Position numbers and translations under genes: made by a program. DNA of 64,000 bases, taken from assembly GCA_965645245.1 (NCBI GenBank), contig OZ287070.1:1736001-1800000 (forward strand), written 5' to 3'. The notes below the pieces were generated by a model. The model saw nothing but the letters and a program-made list of their open reading frames with translations, was not told the DNA's origin and did not search any database. Below are positions 30,401 to 42,278 of this stretch, piece after piece. The DNA is from Massalongia carnosa (Eukaryota). Each line of letters opens with the position of its first letter. Positions within the stretch are counted from its first letter, which is position 1.

Positions 30401-30803
30401 CAAATCTCTAAACTCCGGAAGAGGTACGTTTCTCCCCCCAGCGAGAGTGATTGCGAATTCTTCTGCGAAACGCCCTCCCTAACGAGTTCCCCCCCCAAAA
30501 GGGTTTGAACCGCCCCCAAGCTTCAGCCAGTGCCAGGTCGAATTTGGTGGCGGTGGCGGGACCAAGCGCAGTATCGGCCAGTTCAACGGCTGGAACGTCA
30601 AAAGTACGTTTACCTCGCTTTTCTCCATTGCACACCTCTCTCCTGTACTCGAGATCGAATCATACTTCCTCATTATTGTAGCATCCCTAATATTCAATCC
30701 CCTCCCAGGCATTAAAATCAGAGACGATATTGCTTTCGAGCTGCCGGGACCCGACGAACCCCGCGTTCCCCTTAGTGCACTCTTCAAACCACCAAAAGCG
30801 TAA
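24421..30803 (+). CDS. Subgroup C (killer-toxin-like) GH18 chitinase polyprotein: signal peptide, 2x CBM18, GH18, Cys-rich repeats, beta-rich domain, C-terminal NucA/NucB-type DNase domain
   Basis: Signal MRNPLLFFLCLSFLAFVTA. Hevein-like 'CCSKDGNCGFSPEFCG' and 'CPINVCC..YGYCGTTTEFCG'. Catalytic 'LDGVDIDWEYP' intact. 'GLMIWAIDQD'. Repeated 'CCP/CCD' modules. Several KR sites. 'RRNQAC..SCDEFPFAGTEEGG..CVPAWQNSLQG'. Last exon IKIRDD..FKPPKA* (TAA 30801-30803). More than 10 introns. Confidence 0.85.
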
Positions 30804-31791
30804 AGTTCTTCGGATGGAAATATATGAATCGCTAAGGAAAACGAGTGAGACTGTTATGTATACCACTTGTTCAGGTTTGTAGAAGATGCAGCCCGGAAAA
30901 CTGTATGAGCAGCAGGGTTAAGAGGAGAGAAACTGCATATACCTCCCTTCTCTATCTATCATGGAGTTCCTCCTGGATTTTGACGTCGATGTGATTTTAT
31001 TTATTCCCGAACCACAAATCAAGACATGGCATTATTGAGTTCCTTTTCAGCGGCGCTTGATCGAATCATGAAAAATCCGAAAACTTGGAGTCTCATCACC
31101 ACAGAATCGAGCCTCAACTATTTGGATCATTGATCGATTATCCAGGTAGACAAGACAGAACTGTGACTAGTCTCCAAACCCGATTCGTCGACCTCCAGCC
31201 CAATCACTCACTACTTGAATTCGATAGGCAGGTAAGGTAAAAAAAAAAAAACCAACAAACATTCAACCTTAGTGATGATGATGGTTTGGGTCACGTTCAG
31301 GAGAGTAAATTTATATACATGGTGATATTATATGTGGAGGTAGGTAGGTATTCATTCAGTCTATAGTTACTTGCTTTATTTACGGTGGACCATGCGGATT
31401 GTTTAGATTTGTTGGGCCAGGGTGTGATTCTGGTTCCGTGAACTACCCGCCTACCCTCGTTTCGGGGTTTGTTTCGGATGGTGGACGGAGAGGGGTGAAA
31501 TGGAAGATCAATTTACGTGATCTTTTGATTTGGGGGGGGGGGGGTTAATTCAGGGGGTTTTTTTGGACTTTGCGGGTCCTTTGCACTCACCCCACCCTGG
31601 CTATCTTGGAAAGTAACAAGCACCTAAGTAGAATGAGATAAAGAGATTTCACGCTTTTCATTCTCAATCATCCCTGCATAAACCTACGGGGCGTACTTTC
31701 TGTTTCCTGCAAGCAGCACCGCAAGAGCCCTACGTGCTCACCCACGAAAAAAGAACTCCAGGCACCCCTCCCCCCTCCCCCCACCCGGTCT

Positions 31792-33100
31792 CTATCCCAA
31801 ATTTAACGTCCGATAGCCTGTCTCGACCAGACTCCTCTCCGCCGCGTCCGCGTCTGCGGTTCCGGTCCAGTAAAACAGGCCGCCGAGTCCGCGCTGTTTC
31901 GCGAACTGCGCCTTCAGCCGCACCGTGCGCGGATTGTCGTACGTGACGAATCCGCCGTCGCCGCCCACGCAGAAGGCCGCGCCGGCCTGCTCGTCGACCT
32001 GCTCGCGCGCTCCGGCGCGGGGTAGATCGCGGTACTCGAACGTGCCCTCCTCGCCCGCGTGCCCGGAGTAGCGCTCGCCGACGGCGCTGGCGCCCAGGAA
32101 GGAGCGGCCGTAGGCGGGAACGCCGAGGAGGATCTTGGCGGGGGGGACGCCGTTGGAGAGCATGTAGGTGGTGGCGGAGCTGGCGGATGTGGCTGCTTCG
32201 CTGCTGTGATGGTGCCGGGGAGCGTGTAGCTGGGCGTGGTGACCCGATGCTTGGGTCCAGGGGCCGGAGAAGTCGTAGGCCATCAGGTTGATGAAGTCGA
32301 GATGCGCCGAGGCTTGGCCGAGCGGGATGTTGCGTAAGGCCCATTCGCCGGCTGGGAGAGCGGTTGTTAGTGTGTATGTTGGTGACGGGAGCGTGGCTCG
32401 GAGGGAGGCGAGAAGGTGAACGTAGTCTTGTCCTTGTCCGGGGTCAGATGGATGCTCCCAGTCAACTTGCAGCTGGAGATTAGAATCTAGCTTTTTCCAT
32501 CATACGGGTCTGACATACTGTCTATCCCATCGAGGCCATACTGATCGACTATGTCTCTTGCACTCCGCGCGAACGTCTCTCTGGCATTGGGATCGGCGGC
32601 GGCTGTGGGGAAAGTTGCGCTGCCTTCTCCTCCACCTCCGATGGAGAGAATGATCTTGAGTTGCTGATACTGCTCTTTCTGGGAGACCAAGGCGTTCAGA
32701 CAGCCTCTTTTGCCATCGACTTCAATTTGAGTGTCCGCATACTCGTCCGCAAGCTAGCCTCAAAGTAAGTTTCAGCATGGTAGTCTTCCATATCTTGATC
32801 TCACGTAGATAAAGCCGTCGGGTTTGACTCTATCACTACAGTTAACTAGAAAATCCCAGCAAGGTACATCCTACTTGACGGGCCAACCTGCCTCGCAAAT
32901 GCATAAAAGACGTGGGAAATGCATCCCAGACGTAAGGATGATGGCGGTTGTTGACGATAGATTCTCCAGTTTGGATAGTATACCGCATTCGCGAACCCGG
33001 TGGTGGTTTGGGGTTCGTTCATTACAGGCTGCTGGCTTTCCTTGTTCCTTGACGGATGGGTCAGCCAGTTGGGCATAGGAGGCTTGAAGAATGAAGGCAT
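31792..33100 (-). CDS. GH18 chitinase, subgroup A type, no signal peptide (probably intracellular)
   Basis: 'NAVYYPNWRIY', 'SHVFYAFA', 'LKIILSIGGG', catalytic 'GLDGID|IDWEHP', 'INLMAYDFSGPW', 'FVTYDNP', 'GLGGLFYW'. Confidence 0.9.
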
Positions 33101-33517
33101 TTTGGTAGTTCTCCGCTGCTGATCACGTATTGTCAGTTGCTAAAACTATCACCATCGCTATGGGCATCCATCTTCTGCTACATCATACTTATACGTGAAT
33201 TGTCGTTCATGGACTATCATGGGCTCGGCTCATTACTGCTACGTATGTTGAAAAGCTTTCACGTTGATTATTCAAGTAACCCACCTTCATCTTCTTTCGA
33301 ATATATTGTTTTATATTACATATAAAATATCCTAAGACATCGAATTTGTGTTGGCAAGAAATGCATGGCCACTTTACGAGGAAAGGCATGGAACTGCCAG
33401 TGGATCTCGGTTAACTAGCTGCCCTGCCACCTGCTCACGGAATCAAAATACTTTGAGCATTGTTCAATCTTGTAAATAAGGAATATTTAGCATAATTTCT
33501 GAAAAACACATAGCTAC

Positions 33518-33610
33518 TCCCTGGTGGTGTAGGGGTTAACATCTGCCGCTTTCATTTCTTCTCCTAAGGAAAGGCCCGGCAAGCCCCGGGTTCGATTCCC
33601 GGCCAGGGAA
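33518..33610 (+). tRNA. tRNA-Glu (anticodon TTC) with a ~21-nt intron (33555-33575)
   Basis: Acceptor stem TCCCTGG/CCAGGGA; anticodon arm TGCCG-CT-TTC-A..CGGCA; T-loop GGTTCGATTCC; intron after position 37 containing GAAAG complementary to the anticodon loop; T-rich terminator just downstream. Confidence 0.93.
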
Positions 33611-35647
33611 TAAATTTTACTTTTTGTCTTGTTGAGTGAGAGTGAGGGAGACTTTAAAAGTGCAAAATGATTTTTGATGGTTAGTTGGTTGGTTATGTTA
33701 TTTATGCTTGAATATTTTTGGAAAAGTGTTGAACTATTCGCAACGAGCATCACGTTTATCGGTCACTCACTCTATAGCATATCAAGCTTGTATATCATGT
33801 ATATTCATTTCACACACACTTCATCATATCCTCTTCATGACAACATGAAAAAAAAAACCCTTGTCAATTCTAGCATGCCCAAACCCGCCTATCTTGTTCT
33901 TCTCACATGATTTCCGATTCGGACTGGCATAGGATATTATCCAAGATGAGAGTCATACGTTCAAGCCTTCACGCAATTTTTCGACGTCGCGGACTATGCG
34001 AAGTGCCGTATCATCTTCTCCCACGATGGCTAAAAATGAATTATTAGCACCGCATATGGAGTCTACTATGACTTGCGTGACGCCAGGAGTTAACCAGCGT
34101 TATAGCGAGGAGGGTGGACCATAAAGACGATTGATCTATTAACCAATGTGCTACATACTGCTTGATAAAACCTTTTGAGTCGGGGTAGCTTTTGCATTAT
34201 AGAAAATAGACAATGTTTTAGACGTATTCGACCTTGGCCGGAAGGAGAAACGTTCAAAGCTGTTGTGGATTTGACGAGGAAGCCCGGAGTTTTTAAAAAA
34301 ACACCTACTCATTCCCTTCCCTTAAGAAAATTTAGGCACTGAAGCTTCCTGTGGGATATTGAATACCGAAGACCGCAATGAGTGTGATGAAATAGCAGTA
34401 TTTCCCCGTGCAGAACAAACAATCACCAAGAATAGCCTGAGTGAAGCTAACATCAATTTCCGTATCCAGTCGCCGAGGAGGAGTTGCTCAAGGCCAAGTA
34501 AGAACCATGCAAGCTCTTAAGCGCGAGCAAGTCTAACAATTCACGCAAGGCCGCAAGCTCTGAAATAGGACGTTTTAGAAGCAGCGAGCACGAAAAGAAA
34601 AATAAGAAAAACATATTACATCAAAACCTACTCTCGTGAAAAACCGAGCATTCGACACAACTTGCAATAAGAGAATCAAGAGTTTTAACTAATCACTATA
34701 TCTAACAAGCGTTGTAAGGACTCGATAGCTAGAAGCTGGTCAAGCTTCCCGTTTCTCATATGGATTATACAACTTCGCATTGCTTCAAAAAGCTATGAAG
34801 TGATTATAGAAATATCTGGATACTTGCGTCTGAAGTGCGTTTTCCTTATATCTCTAAATTCATGTTAGTTATCAGAGAATATCATGCTTCAATGGAATGG
34901 ATAAGGATTGTAGTAGAAGTCGTTGATATGAAGCCCTAGAGCATCGGACGAGATCGCATGTCGGGTATTGTCAAGGAACATGGATGACTATCTATCCTCA
35001 TTCCTGCGCTATAATAATCAGCTCCATAGAACTCTAGCTCCATAGAACTCCAGCTCATGTGATATTACTAGAATCAACCCAGAAGAGAATTACAACGCAA
35101 ATGCAAATACATCATGATTTGCTATAATCGTATCTATGACGATCTTACTGAGGTTGTTGTCAATTCAAGGTCATTTTATACGGCCGGTTCAGTTGCGTCC
35201 AGTGAGAAAGGGAGCTCGTGTCGAAAGATGCTGGCCTTTCGACCATTTATCCATTCCACAAGACCTAGGATGTCTTCGAGATCAGGAAGGACATTGGTAA
35301 TTAAGAAGTCATCTTGATCTTTCAGACTGAATTATAGCACTCATCGACATTAACAGTTACCTAACATGCGCCCTGCCACATTTTGGTTTTGTCCCTTCCA
35401 CATCTTCACGCCTGCTTCTTTCTACACCGGATGAGTTTAAGCTCGTTGCCGACTCCTCTGTGATTCAACTACCCTGTATAGACGTAGAGTCTCACGCTTC
35501 GTTTCAGCAACATTCAGCATCAGTGTAAATTTTGTGAACACTTCACTAAAGCTTTCTTCTTAGGTAGAATCAATCGCTAAGCTCTAGAATATGCTAGCCA
35601 AGGATGCATTTATATATGAGATGAACATATCAGAAACCGGGCATTGA

Positions 35648-35720
35648 GATTGAGAGTGACAAACTTGTCTATCATAGGTTTGGGATTGAGAGTGACAAAC
35701 TTGTCTATCATAGGTTTGGG
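35648..35720. repeat. Perfect 36-bp direct tandem duplication
   Basis: GATTGAGAGTGACAAACTTGTCTATCATAGGTTTGG occurs twice head-to-tail. Confidence 0.9.
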
Positions 35721-36725
35721 CATAAGAACCAGTTCAAATAAAGCTGTTTGTTGAAATCCGGTCACCACTCGAATACTGGGAAGATGGAGCAATGCCATAA
35801 CAGGTCGGACGGGCCAGAGGGACTCGGATGATGTCACGAATCTCGGGAGAGTCTAAGCTTTTAGAATCTTGGCGCTTTGAACTCTGTCTTGAATAAGTAT
35901 ACCTATTCTGTTCCGATCGCAAAGGTCTAGACGAAACGAAAGGATTGTGTTGTACTCTGTAGGTTGTACGCTGTACCTAGTACAGCGTAGTACAATGTAC
36001 AAGAAGGTCAGCCCCGAGCTTGGCGCTAACTTGTATCGGCGACTTCCGTCTCACTGGCATTTCCACCGTCTGCACGATTGCGTAATCTTCCTTGACAAAC
36101 GTACTCTGTACGGGGTATCCGTACTCTACCGTCTACTCTGTTCTCTGAACGGCAAATCCAATCCATCTTCGATGTTGTGTAATGGTACAGTGTACGGAGG
36201 TACGAGTTTCTATCATTCGTCACGTCCTGGCACCAACCTCCTAAAGAACTAGCTGTTCTCCGTCCGGAAAGAAGACTTTGAAATTTTACATTTGGATTCT
36301 CAGTCCGTGCATATAAGCAACGATCGGCCATCACGATGGGGCCGACGCGGAAGGGATGGGAGCAATACCGAATCATTTGGCGCCGGTAACACTAGTCGCT
36401 GTTGTTCTGAATTTTCCTTTCTTCCGTTCTTTCAAAATTGCGTTTGAGTGGCGCAGCTGCATGATGTCTTGAAAACGCTCTCATTGAAGCATAAGCTATC
36501 TATGCGGAGCGTAGAGTACATGATAATTGCATGCAGGGATCGAGCGGGTGGAGCGTTTGTAGCCTATGATGTTGCTTAGATTGACGGTGGCATTCTGTCT
36601 ACCGCTTTGTTCCTGCTTCCTCTCGATTTTCCTAGGTGGTTTCTTAAAGGTAGTCGCATGGTCGTGGTTATATAGTCCTTGTGCTGCCCCCGTCGAAATG
36701 ATGCTTGTCATCTAACCGCGCCATC

Positions 36726-39700
36726 ATGAAATCGCCTTGCTTTGCGCTTTTATGGACGTATGTTTTTCTCCGTGTCGAGGCCCAGTTGAGCTCTTTCGGT
36801 CAGTATGGAAAAGCGAATCGCATAAGCCCACTTTTCGTGCCATCTTGATCGTTCGCATACACATCTGGCTTCTTCCTCCTCGCAAACCCGAGGGATGCTG
36901 CTAGGAGATATAAACATTAACTGTGTGCAGGCAATTCAACAGGGAATTCAACCCTGACAACCCAGAGCCCAGCCGTAACGCGGGTGATTTCACTCGTGGC
37001 AGCTCAACCCCACCAGTCGTTCTCTTTCGTTATACCAGCCAAAAACACGCAAGAATGCAACATTTACGGACCACTCTGCCAGACTGGCTCAATCACCGTG
37101 GGAGTGGACTTGACCAGCATCACGACGACGACAACCCTTCCCTGCTCCTCTTACCTCACTGCGCAATCATCGTATTTGAATCTTGCGAACCCGTTCCCCT
37201 GCGAGATAAAGCCATTTTTCCCTGATGTATGGAAATCGGGGTTTGGCCGTAGCCCCGAATGCACATCATATGCAGCGGTCTATCGGAAGCAAGGCAACTA
37301 TACCTTTTCAAACTGTGGGACCAACGATGCCGTCGTTCCCGCCTCTGCCGGAGTCTGTGTACCGCCGCAGATACCTCCTGGCGTTCTGCGCCAGATTCCA
37401 TTTCAGGTGTACGAATGTTGCGGCAATTGCACGCTTGACGTTGCGGAAGTGAGACTCTACTATTTCCCCGATGAAACAATCAACACGTCATGTCACGCGA
37501 ACATGACGTTGGAGTCAAGGACGAATTCGTCCGCTACTCTCAGCGAAAACCGGGCAAACTCGATCCTTGGCAGTAGCAGCATTGCCATTTTGAGCGGATA
37601 CACGTTGTAAGCAACCCAGTCATTATATTTCATGGCCATACGGTTTACGCAGTCTCTAGCACCTCGCCTTCAGTCTACTTGGAGATTGTCGGGACAGCCG
37701 CTGTGACTGATTCCTGCGCTCCCGTGGGTGCTATCCTCACCAACCCAATCGTAGCGTTGCCCCCCGGCGCGCTCTCAACGTATTCGCCTCAGTTTCCCTT
37801 TACGGTGGGCGAGGAATATCATGATCCTAACGGGATTATCGGAGGGCTGTTTGTGGGCCACGCGAAACCATTGAATATTGCAGAGCTCGCGTGTCCCTCA
37901 TTTGGCGTTGGGCAAGCCACAAGAAGCGACGGTAGCGTTTACATTACATATGGGCCTCCATATCTTCCTATCATTATACCTCCACCACAAGTACTGTCCC
38001 TCGATCCGGACTGGCAGAAGTACTGCACTGGCTATGTGTCCTACTCGCCAGGATTGCGCAGTTTTGCTATTTTCGACCCTCCCCGTATATTAACTCCCGT
38101 GGCAGCACTTTTGCCACCGGCTACGTCACTCCCTTCTCCCGTTGAGGCAAGGAAAACGCTAACTCTAGATCAAACAGCGATGCCTGCTGCTCAGCCAGCT
38201 CAAGCAACATCGCCAAGCGTTCCAAAACCAACCGCTGGCCGTCTTGTTGTCTCTGATCTACCAGTTGTTGAAATAGAAACCGCCCCATCGGAAAACTCCA
38301 AGCCACCTCCTTCAAGGGACTCTGATATCTCTAAGCCCCAAGCAGCGCCGCCTGCCGCTGGGCCTGTGGCCACCCCACCGGAACCAGGGTCATCACTTAA
38401 CGACGATTCGTCCCCAACCCCACCATCTCCTAGCACTGGGCAGGGACGTGACCCCGAGCCAAAACCCCAGAATCTGGGAGCATTGATCTTTAGCGCATTC
38501 GGCGGAGCTGGTGCACCATCAGCTAAAATTCCCGGTGCAGCCAGCGCGGTTATATTACCTCTTTCGGGTGCCCCTGATGTACATGTGGATGGGCAAAAGG
38601 TTGTTCCCCTTGATCCTTCTGAAGTCGCCATCGACGGGACAACGTATTCTGCTGGCGGAGCTGCCGTTACACTACCAGACGGAGTTTTATCGGTAATTCA
38701 ACCTACCAAGGCTGGTAATGTTGGCAATCCTCCGTCATCGAGACCTTTCTCCCCACAAATCTTTACAGTTGCTGGCCAGACCTTTGCAGCAGACCCTTCG
38801 ACACTTGTTATTGCGGGAACTACGCTCCTTCCTGGTGGCCCCGGTATCACTCTATCCGGCACCCCGATCAGCCTTGCTCCATCTGGTGCACTCTTCATCG
38901 ATAGTATCCCTATTCGCATCCCAAATTCTCCCGTTAACAATCCAACCTCCGTCTTTACCGTTGGAGACCAAACTTTTACAGCGAACCCAAACGGGTTTGT
39001 TATCGGTAACACGAAGATTCTCCCAGGCGGCGCGCGTGTTTCTATCTCTGGAACGCCCATCTCGCTTGCGCCAGATGGAGCAATTGTCATTGGGAAGTCG
39101 ACGATTCCTCTCCCAGCTCAGACACCGGCTCCAAATGTGCTTATCGTTGGAGGTCAGGTATTCACGGCCAACCCGACTGGCTTTACAGTTGCTGGAACTG
39201 CGCTCCTTCCAGGTGATGCGCCAGTTGTGGTTTCGGGAACACCAATCTCACTCGCTTCGGCTGGTGCGGTAATCATTGGCGATTCAACTTTACAGCTTCC
39301 AGCGCAAACACCAGCTCCATATGTTCTCACCGCTGGAGGCCAGGTATTCACCCCGAATCCCAAGGGCTTCATAATTGCCGGATCAACGCTTCTCCCAGGC
39401 GACGCGCCAATCGTAGTCTCCGGAACTTCCTTCTCATTGGGGTCAGCCGGGAAATTGGTAATTGGAAGCTCTACTCTCAACATCCCAATTCAAACCCCAG
39501 CTACGAACGTGATCACTGTTGGAGGGTTGGTTTTGACGGCGGAACAATCTGGCATTGTACTGGACAAAACCACTCTATTACCTGGAGGGCCTGGGGCTAT
39601 TATTTCGGGGATGCCCGTGAGTTTGGAGACTGGGGGAAATTCCGGGATATTGCTCATAGGGACATCGAAGTTTCACCTTCCAGCCCAAACATTTACGCCA

Positions 39701-40198
39701 GATGTCTTCACCGCTGAAGGATTGGTTATCACGGCTGAATCGTCAGCAGTTGTAGTCGATGGGGAAACGCTCGTACCCGATGGTTCAGCGGCTACCATCT
39801 CGGGAACGCCGATCCGGTTGCAGGCTGAGGGGAGTTCGGGAGCAGCCTTAATCATAGGGTCTTCGACCATTCATCTCCCAGCCCCGACGAATTCCCCCAA
39901 CGTATTCACCGTCGGAGGCCTGACTTTCACGGCAGAAGCTTCCACGGCGATAATTGATGGGACTACGCTGGTACCAGGAGGGCCCGGCGCTCTAATTTCG
40001 GGGACTCCCGTGAGCCTGAATGTGGGGGGAAGCTTGTTTGTAGGGTCTGCCACCATTCCACTCAACACTGGCGCATCCAAAGGAAGTGCCACAGCGCAAC
40101 CGTTTGAGGGAAGCGGTATTAAGTCATCGCATCCCCTGTGCCTTTGGGGTATTCTAGGAGCGGCGGTTGGGGTGATTTGGAGCAACTGGGGTGTTTGA
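36726..40198 (+). CDS. Secreted, probably GPI-anchored cell-surface protein: Cys-containing N-domain, Pro/Ser/Thr linker, ~8 beta-rich repeats of ~64 aa (adhesin-like)
   Basis: Signal-like MKSPCFALLWTYVFLRVEA at 36726. 'FGRSPEC..CCGNCTL....VRLYYFP', intron ~37607-37659, 'TSPSVYL', repeats 'FTVGGQTFTA..G.TLLPGG...ISGTPISL', and a hydrophobic C-terminal tail after 'FEGSG'. The first intron boundaries are uncertain. Confidence 0.75.
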
Positions 40199-42278
40199 GA
40201 GGTAGTTTTCGCCATGTACATACAGTATCTATCGACAAGATGTATAAGTCGAGAAACCTTCCCACGGATGACTTGAGCCGCAATAGAGATGAACACAACC
40301 AAGTAACACGAGGGCGTCCACGAGCTTTTTCAAAGTAAAAAATTAAAAAGTGGAGAGCTCGGATTAGTCGAAAATAACCCGCTGAGGAGAGGTATCGTTC
40401 TCTTGTTCTGAGCCCATCCGTCAAAGGGCTAGGTATTAGATTTAGAACAGGGGAGGGAGGGAGGCTCGGGGGCCGTGGCCCAAGCATGCATGGGTGGACA
40501 CATAAAGTAAACGGGAAAATCCCTCTGGCTAGGAGAAAACTCACCAGAGCCCATGTAAAACCTTACATACCGCTACCCGTTCCCGAACCGGGGCTTTCCC
40601 CCCCCCCCCCCCCCCCATCTTTCACCGGCCGGTGGCTTTCCCTCCTCCTCCTCCTCCTCCTCCTCCTCCTACTACTACCACTACACAAGCAAAGGACTCG
40701 GTGAGGAGGAATAACTAACTAACCCGATGATGTGAGATAATTTAGGGTGCCTTTTTTGAGGGTTTCGTGCTTGTGTTGTATGTATGTATGTGTGTAGAAC
40801 GGCGTGATTGGGCTCGGTAATACATAAGGTTACTCGCTCAATCTAGTGGTTATCAAGTGATGCAAGACGCAAGACGGTAATGGAGAGAGTTGGTTGTTGG
40901 ATTAAATGGTTTATATTTATTTCAGTATTGTTGTTATGTTACTTTGTTGACATGAGCATTTGTGAGTGGATTTGATTGATTGGCCTATGGAAACCCCCCT
41001 ATTCCGACTAGTCCGGTGTGTTCTATCTAGGTATTTGGGGTTCTTTTGTAAAGTAATATCTATTTTTTTTTCCCTCGTTGTTTGATGTTCGTCTATGTTG
41101 AAGGCTATTTTTGAGTTTTTCTGTGTTTGACAGCAGTAAAAGAAGGAAAAAATTAGTTTCATCTAATTATGCAGTTGATGATTGAGATACATTGAGTAAA
41201 TGAATAAGAGTTCTTTTGAAGTCTTAATATATATTTTTGTTTTCCCCTCTTTTTCGGTTTTTTTATGCTTATGCTCTTCGATCTTCGTCGATTACACAAG
41301 ATATGGTCGTCTATTCTCGAGTCCGGCATTATCTCTCGCCCTAGCCGAGTTACTAAGAAATCTTGAGGGAATTGGATGTACCTAGACGCGTGGGCCCTTA
41401 AGTTGTGAGGAAAGAGATCCCCCCCTTAATGAAGTACTGAACTCATATTCCTTGTTTTGCTGGAAACCCTCAGTACTTCACTTGCTCTACTGGTAAAAAC
41501 CACCTAACAGCTTCCGAGATGCATCAAAGGTCGACTATAGAGTTATTAGGAAATTGTGATGCTAGGCTTCTAGACGTAAAGTACTGTCGGCATGAAATCT
41601 AGTTCCGCAAGACTGGCTCACTCTCAAGGGAGGCAGGTCTTGCATGGCTCCCGACTGGGATTCCTAATCACTTAAGATTTGTAGAATTATAGGGAGTGCG
41701 GGAAGCGTCGAGAAGGTGCGTAGAAGTAAGATGGTCCTATTCGAGACCACTCACCGCAGGTGAATATTTACTTTTTTGTTTAATCACCGAAAGATTCGAC
41801 GAAAACCGAGAACAAGCAGCGAGAGTCGTCTATCCCTGATATTTTAAGCGCTGTTCATATTTTCCATGGCCACTTCGTCGATTCCAGCTCGGCTGGTGAA
41901 TTAGCTGGGAGGTTGAGTGATAATCAATTTAAAATATGACTCGTCTGAGACGCTTGAAGTATTTCACAAATCTGGATTACTTTCACCTAGGAGATCGGGA
42001 ATTTTATATGACGTGTCCTTGAGTAAGCAAATTTTGGGGAACATTCAATAGCTGAAGTTGGAGCTTTGCCACCAACTGCAAAACCTCGAAGCCTCGAGAA
42101 ATCGACCTTTGCGTTGGATGGAAAAATCAGCTGATCGGAAGTGAATCTAGGATTGGTTTTTCACGACCATTTCCAGGAAAGCGAGTTATCAATGTATTAT
42201 CCATGAAGGTCCCCAAAAATCCAGCACATAGGTCTCTTCTGAATTGATCGTTGAGATACTATGCCTCTTGAGCTTGTG

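Noticed and set aside
35648..35720. 36-bp repeat as a CRISPR-like array
   Set aside because: Only two adjacent copies with no spacer, in a eukaryotic genome; a simple tandem duplication.
40597..40680. Poly-C tract and (CTC)n run, with similar tracts near 31532, 49187 and 59640
   Set aside because: Simple-sequence tracts common in the intergenic DNA of this window; no specific function can be supported.
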